A DNA stretch of 64,000 nucleotides from Cyanophora paradoxa CCMP329 (taxonomy: Eukaryota > Plantae > Glaucophyta), in assembly GCA_004431415.1 (NCBI GenBank), contig QPMI01000212.1:1-64000 (forward strand), written 5' to 3'. Position numbers and translations under genes: made by a program. Position 1 is the stretch's first letter, and the number at the start of each line of letters is the position of its first letter. Positions 10,245 to 19,745 of the stretch are shown here, piece by piece. Under the pieces are notes generated by a model that did not search any database, was not told where the DNA came from, and saw only the letters and a program-made list of their open reading frames with translations.

Positions 10245-13200
10245 ATGAGCTTCAATTACCCACCAAATCTAGAAACCATTCAAGATGATAATGCAAGCAG
10301 CACCAAGCATGTGAACTTTGATAATATTAAAGTAAAGGGTTCAGTTTCGATTGACCACAGTTCCGATAATTCATCCAAGACTCAATCAAGGGAGCATGCT
10401 TTATCTGTGAATCAAACCGATCCAGATAAGGAGGAAGTTAGTGTTGCTTTTAGCTTGGGTAATGTGAAAGCAAACCAAGTGGCAGAGATCAAAGCAACAA
10501 GAAGGAGACCTAGGAAACTGAAAACCAGTGGCACTCACCCAGATATACCTTCCAGGTTTGATAGTGGTCGATTGATTTTCAATGTTCAAGATGAGCAGGG
10601 CAAACAGAACACAGCTTTGCGAATTTACAATGAGGGCAGCACTGCAAAAGCTGAGGTCCCCCAAGTATTGCAAGTGGGTCCCATTGCCAACACAAATCAG
10701 GTCTCCTACACAAATGATGTCTACCCCAAGGATATTACATATGACTTTGCAAGGAATGAGCCTTTTGGGTTCTTTACTCCAAAAGATGTCCATCAAAAAA
10801 AGCCATCAATTACAATCAACAGTAGCCCCAGTCAGCCAGTAGCAATCCATTTACATCCTGATTTAGTCGAAATGGATAGGCACCTTTTGCCTTTGTATAG
10901 CAATGTGAAAGACCTTGGAATTAGAACCAGGCAATGGCGAAATATCCATGGCAGCAATGTGTATGCAAATGGGGAGAAACTTGTGAGTGAGAAAACTCTA
11001 AGGGAAATAATTGAGCATTATGGTCCCAATGGACCAACAGTCCCATTCCCTATTCCATTTCCAAATGGACCTCCCGATTTAACACCAAAGAAACAGCCTG
11101 GAAGAGAATACACAGCAACTGAAGATGTAGCCTTTGGGCAGCATATTGTTAGTTGGGAGCAAGTTCGCAATAAACCTATAATTGAACCCAGAAAGCAAAT
11201 AGATGAGCAGTATTTACCTCCTGAAGTCGATATATTAGAGCTTGATGAATATCAATTCGTTCCAGATGAGGAAGAGTATTTACCAGATGGTTTTGACCCA
11301 CAAGAATATGAATATGATCAGTATGACCCCAATGAGGAGGAGATACTACCAGATGGCTTAGATCCCCAAGAGTTTGAGTATGAGCAGAACTATGAACCTG
11401 ATGAGGAGTATTTGCCAGATGGGCATGATCCACCAGCTGTTGATTATGAGCAACCTTATGAACCCCATGAGGAATTGTTACCAGATGGATTTCGACCTGA
11501 GATCTGGGAGTTCTTTCCTGATTATGAACAAATAAATAATAAACCTGCAAAGTATCCCCCAGAGGATCACAATCATGATTGGGATGAGATCTTAGGCAAA
11601 CCACAGAAATACCCACCAGAAGACCACAGGCATGATTGGGGTGATATTGATGGGATTCCAGATAAGTTTGCAGCAAGCAACCATGAACACACCTGGGATG
11701 AGATCAATGACCAACCAGAATTTGCAAAAGTTGAGCCTCTTGCTACTCTGGGAGTTTCTCTTTACCAGACTTGCAATGTCCCTGAAAGGATCTTTTTGAA
11801 TCACCACTATGTTCATGTGAATGGGACACTTGCGAATTCAGCTATGAGAGGACCACTTCATATTAGGACATTACCAGGCTCTTATAATCCACCACCTGAA
11901 CCAGGAGCAACCATACCAAATATCTTTGTGTCAAGCTACATGGAGGCTGACATTCCCACAGATACATTCAGAGTCCCAACAGACCCAGCAACCTACCAAA
12001 ATTACAACTCTGCTATACAGGTTCATGTAGCAGATGTAAGCAGTTTAGATGGCTCAAGACCAATGATAGTTTTCAGTCGAGATAAGTATTCCTACATTCC
12101 CATAGTGGGAACTGCAAATGATAATTATGGAAGGGCAGAGCTTGCATGGATTAAAACAGATTATGGTGGGGTTCTGGAAGCCAATCAGAGGATGGCAGCA
12201 AAAAACATACACAATGAAAATATTTCGAGAGTGGTCACAGAGGATTATCTAGAAGATCAAGGATATATTGATGAAGGTGAACTCACAAATATTCTTTCTC
12301 TTTTTGTGATCAAAAATGACACAAACCTTACAGTCACTTCCAATATCTACACCAGTAACCTTTATACAAGTAACATTTTCACAAGTAACCTATGGGCAAG
12401 TAACATTTGGACAAGAAAACTATGGGCAGATGATATTTACACAAGTAATCTTACAGTGTATCGAAATATAACAATTGGAACACAAAACACTATACAAATA
12501 CTTTATAGACCTTACTACGCTGTTACAACTGTCATTGATCCAGCCCCAATTATTCCAAATTGTATATTTGCATGGAAAGCATCAGGTCAACATGGTCAGT
12601 TGATATATTATCAAGGTCAGATATATAACAGAGTTACTACACAGATACCATATCTAACAAATTATTCAAATTGGGAAACTGTTTATTATTATTTGAATGC
12701 AACCCTAAACAATCAAATTTCGATTGGGAAAGAATTAAACATGGCTTATAGGAATAGTGTTTCAATAGATTGGTCATTAGGTCTTACATTATTCTTTATA
12801 GGTAGGATCAATACTACAAATCCTTCTTATATGTTGAGTATAAGGGATAGTTCTTATCAAAATTGGATTGGATATGGTTGTAAAAATCAAAAGTTTGGTG
12901 TTTCACTACAAATTCAAAACGATATAGAAAATGCAACTCCTCCATTATTCGATGCATCATATATTTATAATTCGTGGAATTATTGGGATTTCACTGTTTC
13001 CTCAGAGCAAATTGTCGTAGGAATGGGTGGTATTGATATTGGAACATTATCGGGTGATTTTCTTCCACCTTCTAATTTTGCATCATTTGGTTCTTCTGTT
13101 GCTAATGGAGATCTTGCCGAAATTATCGTTTTCAATCGTGCGTTATCTATTGAAGAAAAGAAGGCGGTTAGATATTATATACAATTATTGTATGGATTTC

Positions 13201-14588
13201 CAAATACGCAGCCCATATTGAATAATGAAGATCTTAAAATTAATTCGAGCAATATATTTATTGAAAATCTCACAGTTACCAAAAATGCAACTCTACCACA
13301 TCATCCAACATCGAATGTTGTTTTAGATTGGTTAGCAAAACAAAAACACACAAAAGCAGATATTACGGATTTCGCCCATACTCACACAAAAGATCAAATC
13401 ACAGATTTCGCCCATACTCACACAAAAGATCAAATCACAGATTTCGCCCATACACACACCAAAGATCAAATAACAGATTTCGCACACACTCACACAAAAG
13501 ATCAAATAACAGATTTCGCACATACTCACACAAAAGATCAAATAACAGATTTCGCCCATACTCATTTATGGGAGCATATCACAAATCCTCCGTTAACCTT
13601 CCCACCTGATTCACACACTCATGATTATTCAGAGATTACAAATAGCAACCACAGGCACCCATGGAGCGAAATAGACGAACAGCCAGTTTTTGCCCAATTG
13701 AATGCAATCGGAAACGTTTTTAATGGAGTCACACTTTACCAATCAATTAATACACCTGAAAGGCTATTTTTGAATGATCATTATGTTAGTCTCAATGGTT
13801 CATTTACAGGTGAAACAGGCACACCGATGGTGGGAACTCTTGCAGTAAGATTACCCAGGGATCCAATCGTAAATGGAGTGTATAGTGGCGATTTCAATGT
13901 AGGAGTAAACGATACTTTCCCCAGTATCTATGTTACGAATTATCACCCAGGAGAAATAGGACAAGTAGCGGATTTTTCAGCAGCTATTCAAATTAACGTA
14001 ACAGATCAAAGCGCATATGATGGAGCAAGACCTAAAATAGTATTCACAAGGGAGAAAGTTGTAAACTATCTTCCCGTTGCGGGACAACCCACAGATGATC
14101 ACGGTAAATGTGAGATGGCGTGGATTAAAACAACAACAGGAGGCGCCTTAGAAGTCAATCAGAGAATGGCGGCGAAAAACTTACACAATACAACCCTTTC
14201 AGGTGTTGTTACAGATGATTACCTAACCAATAAAGGGTATCTTACAACAGCAGATTTAAGCAGCTATGTAACAGAAAGTGAATTGGGAACGACTCTAAAT
14301 AATTATACAACAGATGCAGAGTTAACAGCAGCTCTAGGAAATTATTTACCTCTTACAGGTGGGACAGTTAATGGAACTGTAAACGCTACTAGTCTACAAA
14401 TTGGTGGAAACACAATTCCAAAAGGATATGATTTCGATCAATTAGATGTAGTATCAACAGATAGAAGCGCAAATAATTGGAATTTGAATTGGTCACCAAG
14501 AACAGGACAAACAGGATGTTATACAACACCACAAAATGATGAAGATTGTAGCGGTTGTTTTATGAGGTGGACTGTCCCACAGGTATGA
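10245..14588 (+). CDS. Large virion fibre protein, N-terminal part
   Basis: 1447 aa with acidic EEYLPDG repeats, HxHxWxEI..KP and AHTHTKDQITDF phage-tail-type repeats, TSNL/I repeats, a LamG-like segment (GDLAEIIVFNRALS) and YLPLTGGT. Confidence 0.8.
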   Translation: MSFNYPPNLETIQDDNASSTKHVNFDNIKVKGSVSIDHSSDNSSKTQSREHALSVNQTDPDKEEVSVAFSLGNVKANQVAEIKATRRRPRKLKTSGTHPDIPSRFDSGRLIFNVQDEQGKQNTALRIYNEGSTAKAEVPQVLQVGPIANTNQVSYTNDVYPKDITYDFARNEPFGFFTPKDVHQKKPSITINSSPSQPVAIHLHPDLVEMDRHLLPLYSNVKDLGIRTRQWRNIHGSNVYANGEKLVSEKTLREIIEHYGPNGPTVPFPIPFPNGPPDLTPKKQPGREYTATEDVAFGQHIVSWEQVRNKPIIEPRKQIDEQYLPPEVDILELDEYQFVPDEEEYLPDGFDPQEYEYDQYDPNEEEILPDGLDPQEFEYEQNYEPDEEYLPDGHDPPAVDYEQPYEPHEELLPDGFRPEIWEFFPDYEQINNKPAKYPPEDHNHDWDEILGKPQKYPPEDHRHDWGDIDGIPDKFAASNHEHTWDEINDQPEFAKVEPLATLGVSLYQTCNVPERIFLNHHYVHVNGTLANSAMRGPLHIRTLPGSYNPPPEPGATIPNIFVSSYMEADIPTDTFRVPTDPATYQNYNSAIQVHVADVSSLDGSRPMIVFSRDKYSYIPIVGTANDNYGRAELAWIKTDYGGVLEANQRMAAKNIHNENISRVVTEDYLEDQGYIDEGELTNILSLFVIKNDTNLTVTSNIYTSNLYTSNIFTSNLWASNIWTRKLWADDIYTSNLTVYRNITIGTQNTIQILYRPYYAVTTVIDPAPIIPNCIFAWKASGQHGQLIYYQGQIYNRVTTQIPYLTNYSNWETVYYYLNATLNNQISIGKELNMAYRNSVSIDWSLGLTLFFIGRINTTNPSYMLSIRDSSYQNWIGYGCKNQKFGVSLQIQNDIENATPPLFDASYIYNSWNYWDFTVSSEQIVVGMGGIDIGTLSGDFLPPSNFASFGSSVANGDLAEIIVFNRALSIEEKKAVRYYIQLLYGFPNTQPILNNEDLKINSSNIFIENLTVTKNATLPHHPTSNVVLDWLAKQKHTKADITDFAHTHTKDQITDFAHTHTKDQITDFAHTHTKDQITDFAHTHTKDQITDFAHTHTKDQITDFAHTHLWEHITNPPLTFPPDSHTHDYSEITNSNHRHPWSEIDEQPVFAQLNAIGNVFNGVTLYQSINTPERLFLNDHYVSLNGSFTGETGTPMVGTLAVRLPRDPIVNGVYSGDFNVGVNDTFPSIYVTNYHPGEIGQVADFSAAIQINVTDQSAYDGARPKIVFTREKVVNYLPVAGQPTDDHGKCEMAWIKTTTGGALEVNQRMAAKNLHNTTLSGVVTDDYLTNKGYLTTADLSSYVTESELGTTLNNYTTDAELTAALGNYLPLTGGTVNGTVNATSLQIGGNTIPKGYDFDQLDVVSTDRSANNWNLNWSPRTGQTGCYTTPQNDEDCSGCFMRWTVPQV
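13347..13565 (+). repeat. 36-bp coding tandem repeat x6 (HTKDQITDFAHT)
   Basis: Six near-identical units CACACAAAAGATCAAATCACAGATTTCGCCCATACT are directly visible. Confidence 0.95.
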
Positions 14589-16186
14589 AATCATTTTATA
14601 TTCAGCATATGCCTTGGTATAATGGCAGATATTTTGATATCTATGGTCAGACTCTCAATAACAATCAGCATTTCTTAAAACGTGTAAACGATTATCAAGG
14701 AATACAGTCAGTAAATCATGATGGGACAAATAATACTATCTTGTTTGTATCAATTAATTGCGAGTTTTACAAGTATATTTATGTTCAAGGTCGAAAAGGT
14801 CGCATTCATCTCACAGGAGTTTTTGGTTGGAGTAGACAAAGAGCAACGGATAATGAGGTTGGTATGATCTCTTGGGATAATATTTTTAGTAAACCATCAT
14901 TTTATTCAGCCGCAGACCTTCCACAAACAGCGACATGGCCAACAAATACATGGTTAAAATCAACCGACACTGTTCCGCGAATTTGGTTTGGAAATGGTGA
15001 TTGCACATATATTCGAGGTTATGGAAATGGTGATGGTGTTTCAATTGAATTCAGAGACTCAGCAGATGGAGCAATATTAAAGTCTTATAACAATGGTAAC
15101 TTTTGGGTGAAAAACACTATTACAGCACCCACTATTAATGCTACTACCAAACTCCAAATAAATGGTAATGATGTCCCAAAGTTTCACACAGCGGATTCAT
15201 CAAAAGGAGGAATTGAATTTAATAGATGTTCTTATAACGATTGGGAGTGGGCATGGAGTTCATCATGGGATCCATATTATAATTATGGTTCTTACGTTTA
15301 TAATAAGCAATCGGATGATCAAACTTCAACCGCTTGGATAGACTTCGATATTCCAGAAGGATATCTCAAAGGAACAGCGTTTTTAACTTATCTACCTTGG
15401 ACTAACTCACGAATTTTTGAAATTTGGGGAGTAAATCGACAAGGAAATGAAGTTTTTATTACATCAGTGAATAGTTATCAACCATACGCCACATCTCCTG
15501 ACAGTAACCACAGCGGTTTAAATAATGTTCCTATACATCTCGGTAATCGATTTTTGACTATTCGGATTAGACCAAAGATTGGAAGAGTTCATATTATGGG
15601 TATAAGTTACATGAAAATTTGGGTTGGACATAGTTATGGAGGTCACACCGGTTATATTCATTGGAATAATGTTTATAGTAAACCAAATCTTTTAACAGGC
15701 ACTGTGGGAAGTTGGTTTAATTCCAGTGATGGATACAATCGTATCCATTTCGGAAATAACACCTCTACATACCTGAAAGGAAGGGGAAATTATCCAATTG
15801 TATTTCGAAATGAATTAGATTCTGATGTTTGTTGGATTGATCATGACGGGCGGATGTGGATAAACAATTATTTAACACAAGGAAGTGACATAAGATACAA
15901 AACAGATATTAAAAAGATAACCGGCGCTCTCAAAGCTGTTGAGAAATTAGAGGGAGTGAGTTTTAAACGAATTGGAAGTGAAAAAGATGGAGTTAAATTA
16001 GGTTTAATTGCACAAGATGTTCGAAAGGTAATACCAGAGGTAGTTAATGTTAAAAAAGACGATGGCTACCTATCTCTTGAATACACAGGTTTAATTCCAG
16101 TTCTCATTGAAGCTGTGAAGGAGTTGTCCCAAAAATGCAAAGATCTACAGGATCAAATAGACCAAATTAAAAATGTCAAAGTATAA
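14555..16186 (+). CDS. Fibre protein C-terminal part with peptidase S74 intramolecular chaperone
   Basis: SDIRYKTDI..ALKAVEKLEGVSF..GLIAQDVRKVIPEVV..LEYTGLIPVLIEAVKEL plus a coiled coil. Probably continuous with the upstream ORF. Confidence 0.88.
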   Translation: MFYEVDCPTGMKSFYIQHMPWYNGRYFDIYGQTLNNNQHFLKRVNDYQGIQSVNHDGTNNTILFVSINCEFYKYIYVQGRKGRIHLTGVFGWSRQRATDNEVGMISWDNIFSKPSFYSAADLPQTATWPTNTWLKSTDTVPRIWFGNGDCTYIRGYGNGDGVSIEFRDSADGAILKSYNNGNFWVKNTITAPTINATTKLQINGNDVPKFHTADSSKGGIEFNRCSYNDWEWAWSSSWDPYYNYGSYVYNKQSDDQTSTAWIDFDIPEGYLKGTAFLTYLPWTNSRIFEIWGVNRQGNEVFITSVNSYQPYATSPDSNHSGLNNVPIHLGNRFLTIRIRPKIGRVHIMGISYMKIWVGHSYGGHTGYIHWNNVYSKPNLLTGTVGSWFNSSDGYNRIHFGNNTSTYLKGRGNYPIVFRNELDSDVCWIDHDGRMWINNYLTQGSDIRYKTDIKKITGALKAVEKLEGVSFKRIGSEKDGVKLGLIAQDVRKVIPEVVNVKKDDGYLSLEYTGLIPVLIEAVKELSQKCKDLQDQIDQIKNVKV

Positions 16187-16189
16187 TAA

Positions 16190-16495
16190 ATGGCGACCTA
16201 TCCTCTTGGTGGAACCACCTATTCTACTGAGCCTGTTGCGCTTTCTTTTGATACAATCACCCTTGTAAACGCATTACAAACAGTTGAAAAAACGATTCAG
16301 CAAACTAACAAGCTCTCACCAGTTGTCAATGAGTATAAAAACCTCTTGGTTAATGTCCTTGCTCAAGCTGCATATGGTGACCCTGTTGCTAAATACACTG
16401 AGTGTGATAACAACATTAAAGCAATGACATCCAACCTGCAAGTTCTTTCAACTGTTTACCAATCCCTTGGATCGAATTTAATCACTTTGGCTTGA
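16190..16495 (+). CDS. Viral hypothetical helical protein
   Basis: Intact 101-aa ORF tightly packed in the fibre cluster. Confidence 0.7.
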   Translation: MATYPLGGTTYSTEPVALSFDTITLVNALQTVEKTIQQTNKLSPVVNEYKNLLVNVLAQAAYGDPVAKYTECDNNIKAMTSNLQVLSTVYQSLGSNLITLA

Positions 16496-16534
16496 TTGCA
16501 GTTTATTTTTCTTTCCTTCTTAGTAAAAGAAGCA

Positions 16535-17380
16535 ATGGGTGAATATAATCGAGTTCAACTGCCTATATATTCCCTTGGATCCCCTGCAATGCATTTTCGC
16601 CAGCATGAAGTAAATGATGAGGTTCGTGGTTTAGAATCCACAGAGAGACCCAATTCCAATGGCAACTCCTTTGATAAAAATTCGATTATTCGAGTTAAAG
16701 AGCTGAGAGCTGATAAGAATTCTGGTGTGGTTAAAACAACTCGACTTCTTGTCACAAATGCTAACTTTTTCCAGCCTACCAATGGAGGTCCTGATGCTTA
16801 CAGTGTTGATCTGAAAGCCCTTGATTTCGATAAGAATTCTGCTGCTGTTACTGTGAGATCAGGAGGAGCATTTATTGGGGGTGGCTGTCGAATTTCAGGT
16901 CAGCTTTCATCCTCAATTTCGTATAATGATGTCCCAGATACTCTAGAGCAAAATGTAGAAGACCCCCAACGAATTCGATTATATACTCCTGTTGCACAGC
17001 AGCCACTAGTTCAATTTTACATTGGATATACTGTTACTCTTGAAAACTCGGAATTAATTGAAGGAACCAAAAGAGTACTGAGAGGTCTTGCGATTCCATC
17101 TGCAATGCTTTCCCTTTGTAGAGCCAACAACAATCAAGTAGGTCATAAATACTATTTCAATGTTCAGGGATATAATCATTTCGGTTATGGCTACTGTGTT
17201 TATAATAATAATTTCACCTTTGACTTGTTTGTTACAGATATTGGGTTATATACTATAACTCTTATCGGTTTGAGAACAGATATAGCCGCTGTATCAGCTC
17301 TTAGAGGTGTAACTCCTGATACTCTTTCAGTTACAGGGTTTTACATGGAGCCAGATGTAATTGATGACCCAACCCCATAA
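16535..17380 (+). CDS. Short fibre-like protein, paralogue A
   Basis: ATG at 16535. Shares ELRxDKNxGxVKTTxLLVTNANF and SGGAxIGxGxRxxG with the next ORF. Confidence 0.75.
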   Translation: MGEYNRVQLPIYSLGSPAMHFRQHEVNDEVRGLESTERPNSNGNSFDKNSIIRVKELRADKNSGVVKTTRLLVTNANFFQPTNGGPDAYSVDLKALDFDKNSAAVTVRSGGAFIGGGCRISGQLSSSISYNDVPDTLEQNVEDPQRIRLYTPVAQQPLVQFYIGYTVTLENSELIEGTKRVLRGLAIPSAMLSLCRANNNQVGHKYYFNVQGYNHFGYGYCVYNNNFTFDLFVTDIGLYTITLIGLRTDIAAVSALRGVTPDTLSVTGFYMEPDVIDDPTP

Positions 17381-17403
17381 AAGATATATCCCTTTAATGT
17401 AAA

Positions 17404-18237
17404 ATGGCTGAGCAACCCCCACTTGAACGAATTATTACACCACAGCTATCATTAGCTGCCCCAGCAAACCATGTTCTGCAGCATGCTACTTTTGATGATG
17501 TGGAAGGTCTCCAATCAACAGAGGTCCAACCTACAATGAACACCTTTGGTTCCACCCATAAACTGAGATTACAGGAACTCAGATGTGATAAAAATAATGG
17601 AATAGTTAAGACAACTAAGCTACTTGTGACAAATGCAAACTTTTCTGCTCATTATGGAGACCCAGATAGCTATGGAGATCCTCTGTCTACTTATTCTTTT
17701 GAATCTAGGTCGGGAGCTATTAACTGCAAATCGGGAGGAGCTTATATTGGTGATGGTCTTAGGGTTGGTGGGGCTGTTGGAGCGCCTCTATTTGTGAATG
17801 ATCAGCCCAATCCCATTGATCCTAACACAAGAATTCGAACCTATGTCCCCAGCATGAATGCCCCATACATTATAAAGATATTCCCCATTGTTGTAAATGA
17901 ACAAACAGCAGTAGTAGACTCTCTTGTTGAAATTGGTGACCACTACAAGGTAGTTGTGGATATCCCACCAGATGTATATGCTGTATGTCAAGTAGAGGGT
18001 GGAACTCCTAATTTTGCAGTTGTGATCACCCCATATGATAATTTTGGTATTGCTTATCATGGAGTCAATTTCGGTTTGGAAGACTATCAGTTCTTAGTGA
18101 GAGCCACCAAGTTTGGTATCTACAAGTGTGTGATGTTTGCAGAGAGAACCGATTTTATTGCAAAGCAGAATACCTATGCTGAATACTATGGGACAAATCG
18201 ATATTTCCCCATTTTTGGGCAGGATACTGCTCCATAA
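17404..18237 (+). CDS. Short fibre-like protein, paralogue B
   Basis: 277 aa, a clear paralogue of 16535-17380. Confidence 0.75.
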   Translation: MAEQPPLERIITPQLSLAAPANHVLQHATFDDVEGLQSTEVQPTMNTFGSTHKLRLQELRCDKNNGIVKTTKLLVTNANFSAHYGDPDSYGDPLSTYSFESRSGAINCKSGGAYIGDGLRVGGAVGAPLFVNDQPNPIDPNTRIRTYVPSMNAPYIIKIFPIVVNEQTAVVDSLVEIGDHYKVVVDIPPDVYAVCQVEGGTPNFAVVITPYDNFGIAYHGVNFGLEDYQFLVRATKFGIYKCVMFAERTDFIAKQNTYAEYYGTNRYFPIFGQDTAP

Positions 18238-18259
18238 GAATATTGGTTATATATAGAGT

Positions 18260-18532
18260 ATGGATAGTAAAACAAAAAAGTTTATTGATGCTGCTATGAC
18301 AGTTCATGGTAAAGATAAATTCGATTACAGTGAGACACATTACATCAAAGCTCAAGAGAAAGTATCTGTTAGATGTTTGCAGTGTAACAAGGTGATCCTT
18401 ACATATCCCTTTAATCATGTGAAGGGATCAGGTTGTAGGGAATGCAACAAAAAGCATTCTCAGGCTTACAGGAAAAGGGCTACTTCATCAATCAAAGTAG
18501 AGTACAGGGATATTTGCATTAGGTTCGATTAG
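18260..18532 (+). CDS. Zinc-ribbon protein (DUF723-like, endonuclease-associated type)
   Basis: FIxxAxxVHG..FDYS..Y....KVxVRCxxC....P.NHxxGSGCxxC pattern, common in phages and large DNA viruses. No nuclease domain is attached. Confidence 0.7.
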   Translation: MDSKTKKFIDAAMTVHGKDKFDYSETHYIKAQEKVSVRCLQCNKVILTYPFNHVKGSGCRECNKKHSQAYRKRATSSIKVEYRDICIRFD

Positions 18533-18561
18533 GATTAATTAATTTTTCTAAGGTATTCTTA

Positions 18562-18960
18562 ATGGAGACTAAATACAGAGGCTTTCATGTAATGCTTGAT
18601 TACAAGGCTAAAACAGCTATAGCAACAGGTTATGAGCATGTTAGCTTTCTTGGTAATTGGATTATGAGAACCCTTGAACAAGCAATATTGAGACAAGGTA
18701 TTAGGATTGTTCATAAACACTGTGAGATATTTGATGGGAAACTATCACCTCCTGGTTTTGCATTGGTTCTGCTATTAGATGAAAGCCATTGTACAGCTCA
18801 TTGTTATTCCAATGAAGGCATGTTAGCAATTGATATATTCAGTTGTGGTAAAGAAGCTCAGCATAAAACACAAGCAGTTGCAGATGAGATCGATAAAACA
18901 ATGAATTTCCTCACATTTGAGAAGACTGAGAGACATAAACATGATAGATTCCCGTTTTGA
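18562..18960 (+). CDS. speD: S-adenosylmethionine decarboxylase proenzyme (prokaryotic-type, pyruvoyl-dependent)
   Basis: 132 aa with GxHxxxD, F...PPGF..V.LLDESH.TAH.Y..EG..AIDIFSCG. The E-S self-cleavage site and the conserved Cys are intact. Confidence 0.9.
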   Translation: METKYRGFHVMLDYKAKTAIATGYEHVSFLGNWIMRTLEQAILRQGIRIVHKHCEIFDGKLSPPGFALVLLLDESHCTAHCYSNEGMLAIDIFSCGKEAQHKTQAVADEIDKTMNFLTFEKTERHKHDRFPF

Positions 18961-19402
18961 TAGGTTTATATAATGATAATCAGGGTAATTTACCTTTTTT
19001 ATTACAAAAGCTTTCTACAATGATTATTTTCCGGATTCCGGTCATTCTTTACGATAGAAATTCTACTGTATGATGTAGCCGAAATATGAATGCACCCTAC
19101 ATTAAGCAATGTCAAATAATTAGAATAATGTTCGATTTCCTTACACTAAAACCTCAGCATCTGCCCAAGATTCCCCCTATAATTAAAGTGGACTCAAGGT
19201 TGACTCATATTAATCGTAAAAGTAGTAATAGTATATGGATTTTGTTACGAATTCAATGCAAGGGTTGACTAAGTGGGTTGAGTTGACTCAAATTTCACAG
19301 GAAATAACAATGAATCAGAGTATAAAATGCATTTTTTGAATCAACTACACCAACTAACACTGAGATTTTCACAATATAAGAGGTCCTTACTGAATATGGT
19401 AT

Positions 19403-19494
19403 GTGTCACAGGTGTCACAGGTTTATCCCAGCTCAAGCCCTATAAAGAGTGATTTTCCCTTTCGATGGGATGGACCTGTGACACCTGTGACACC
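19403..19494. promoter_or_regulatory. Iteron-like inverted-repeat element (copy 2, inverted relative to copy 1)
   Basis: GTGTCACAGGTGTCACAGG ... CCTGTGACACCTGTGACACC. Bases 19464-19490 are the exact reverse complement of 2717-2743. Confidence 0.6.
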
Positions 19495-19745
19495 CAATTA
19501 TTTCAAAAATCCTAAGGGTCCCCCCTTAGACTCATTAAAACATGATAATAACATATCAATTTCATGTATAATTACGATTGGATTCAATAAGAGATCTATT
19601 TGTTTTATTTAACAAATGAATCTTTTATGGATCTTAATCGAGTTTAGCGATATGTTTCCGATTAAATGAATTAAATTTAATTAAATTTAATCGAGAAAGT
19701 ACATGAATATAATATCGATTAAATCAATTAACTTTTAGACCAATC

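Noticed and set aside
13347-13565. 36-bp direct repeats resembling a CRISPR array
   Set aside because: There are no spacers; it is an in-frame coding repeat of the fibre gene and no cas genes are present.
10245-18237. Diversity-generating retroelement acting on the fibre genes
   Set aside because: No reverse transcriptase and no template/variable repeat pair differing at adenines was seen.
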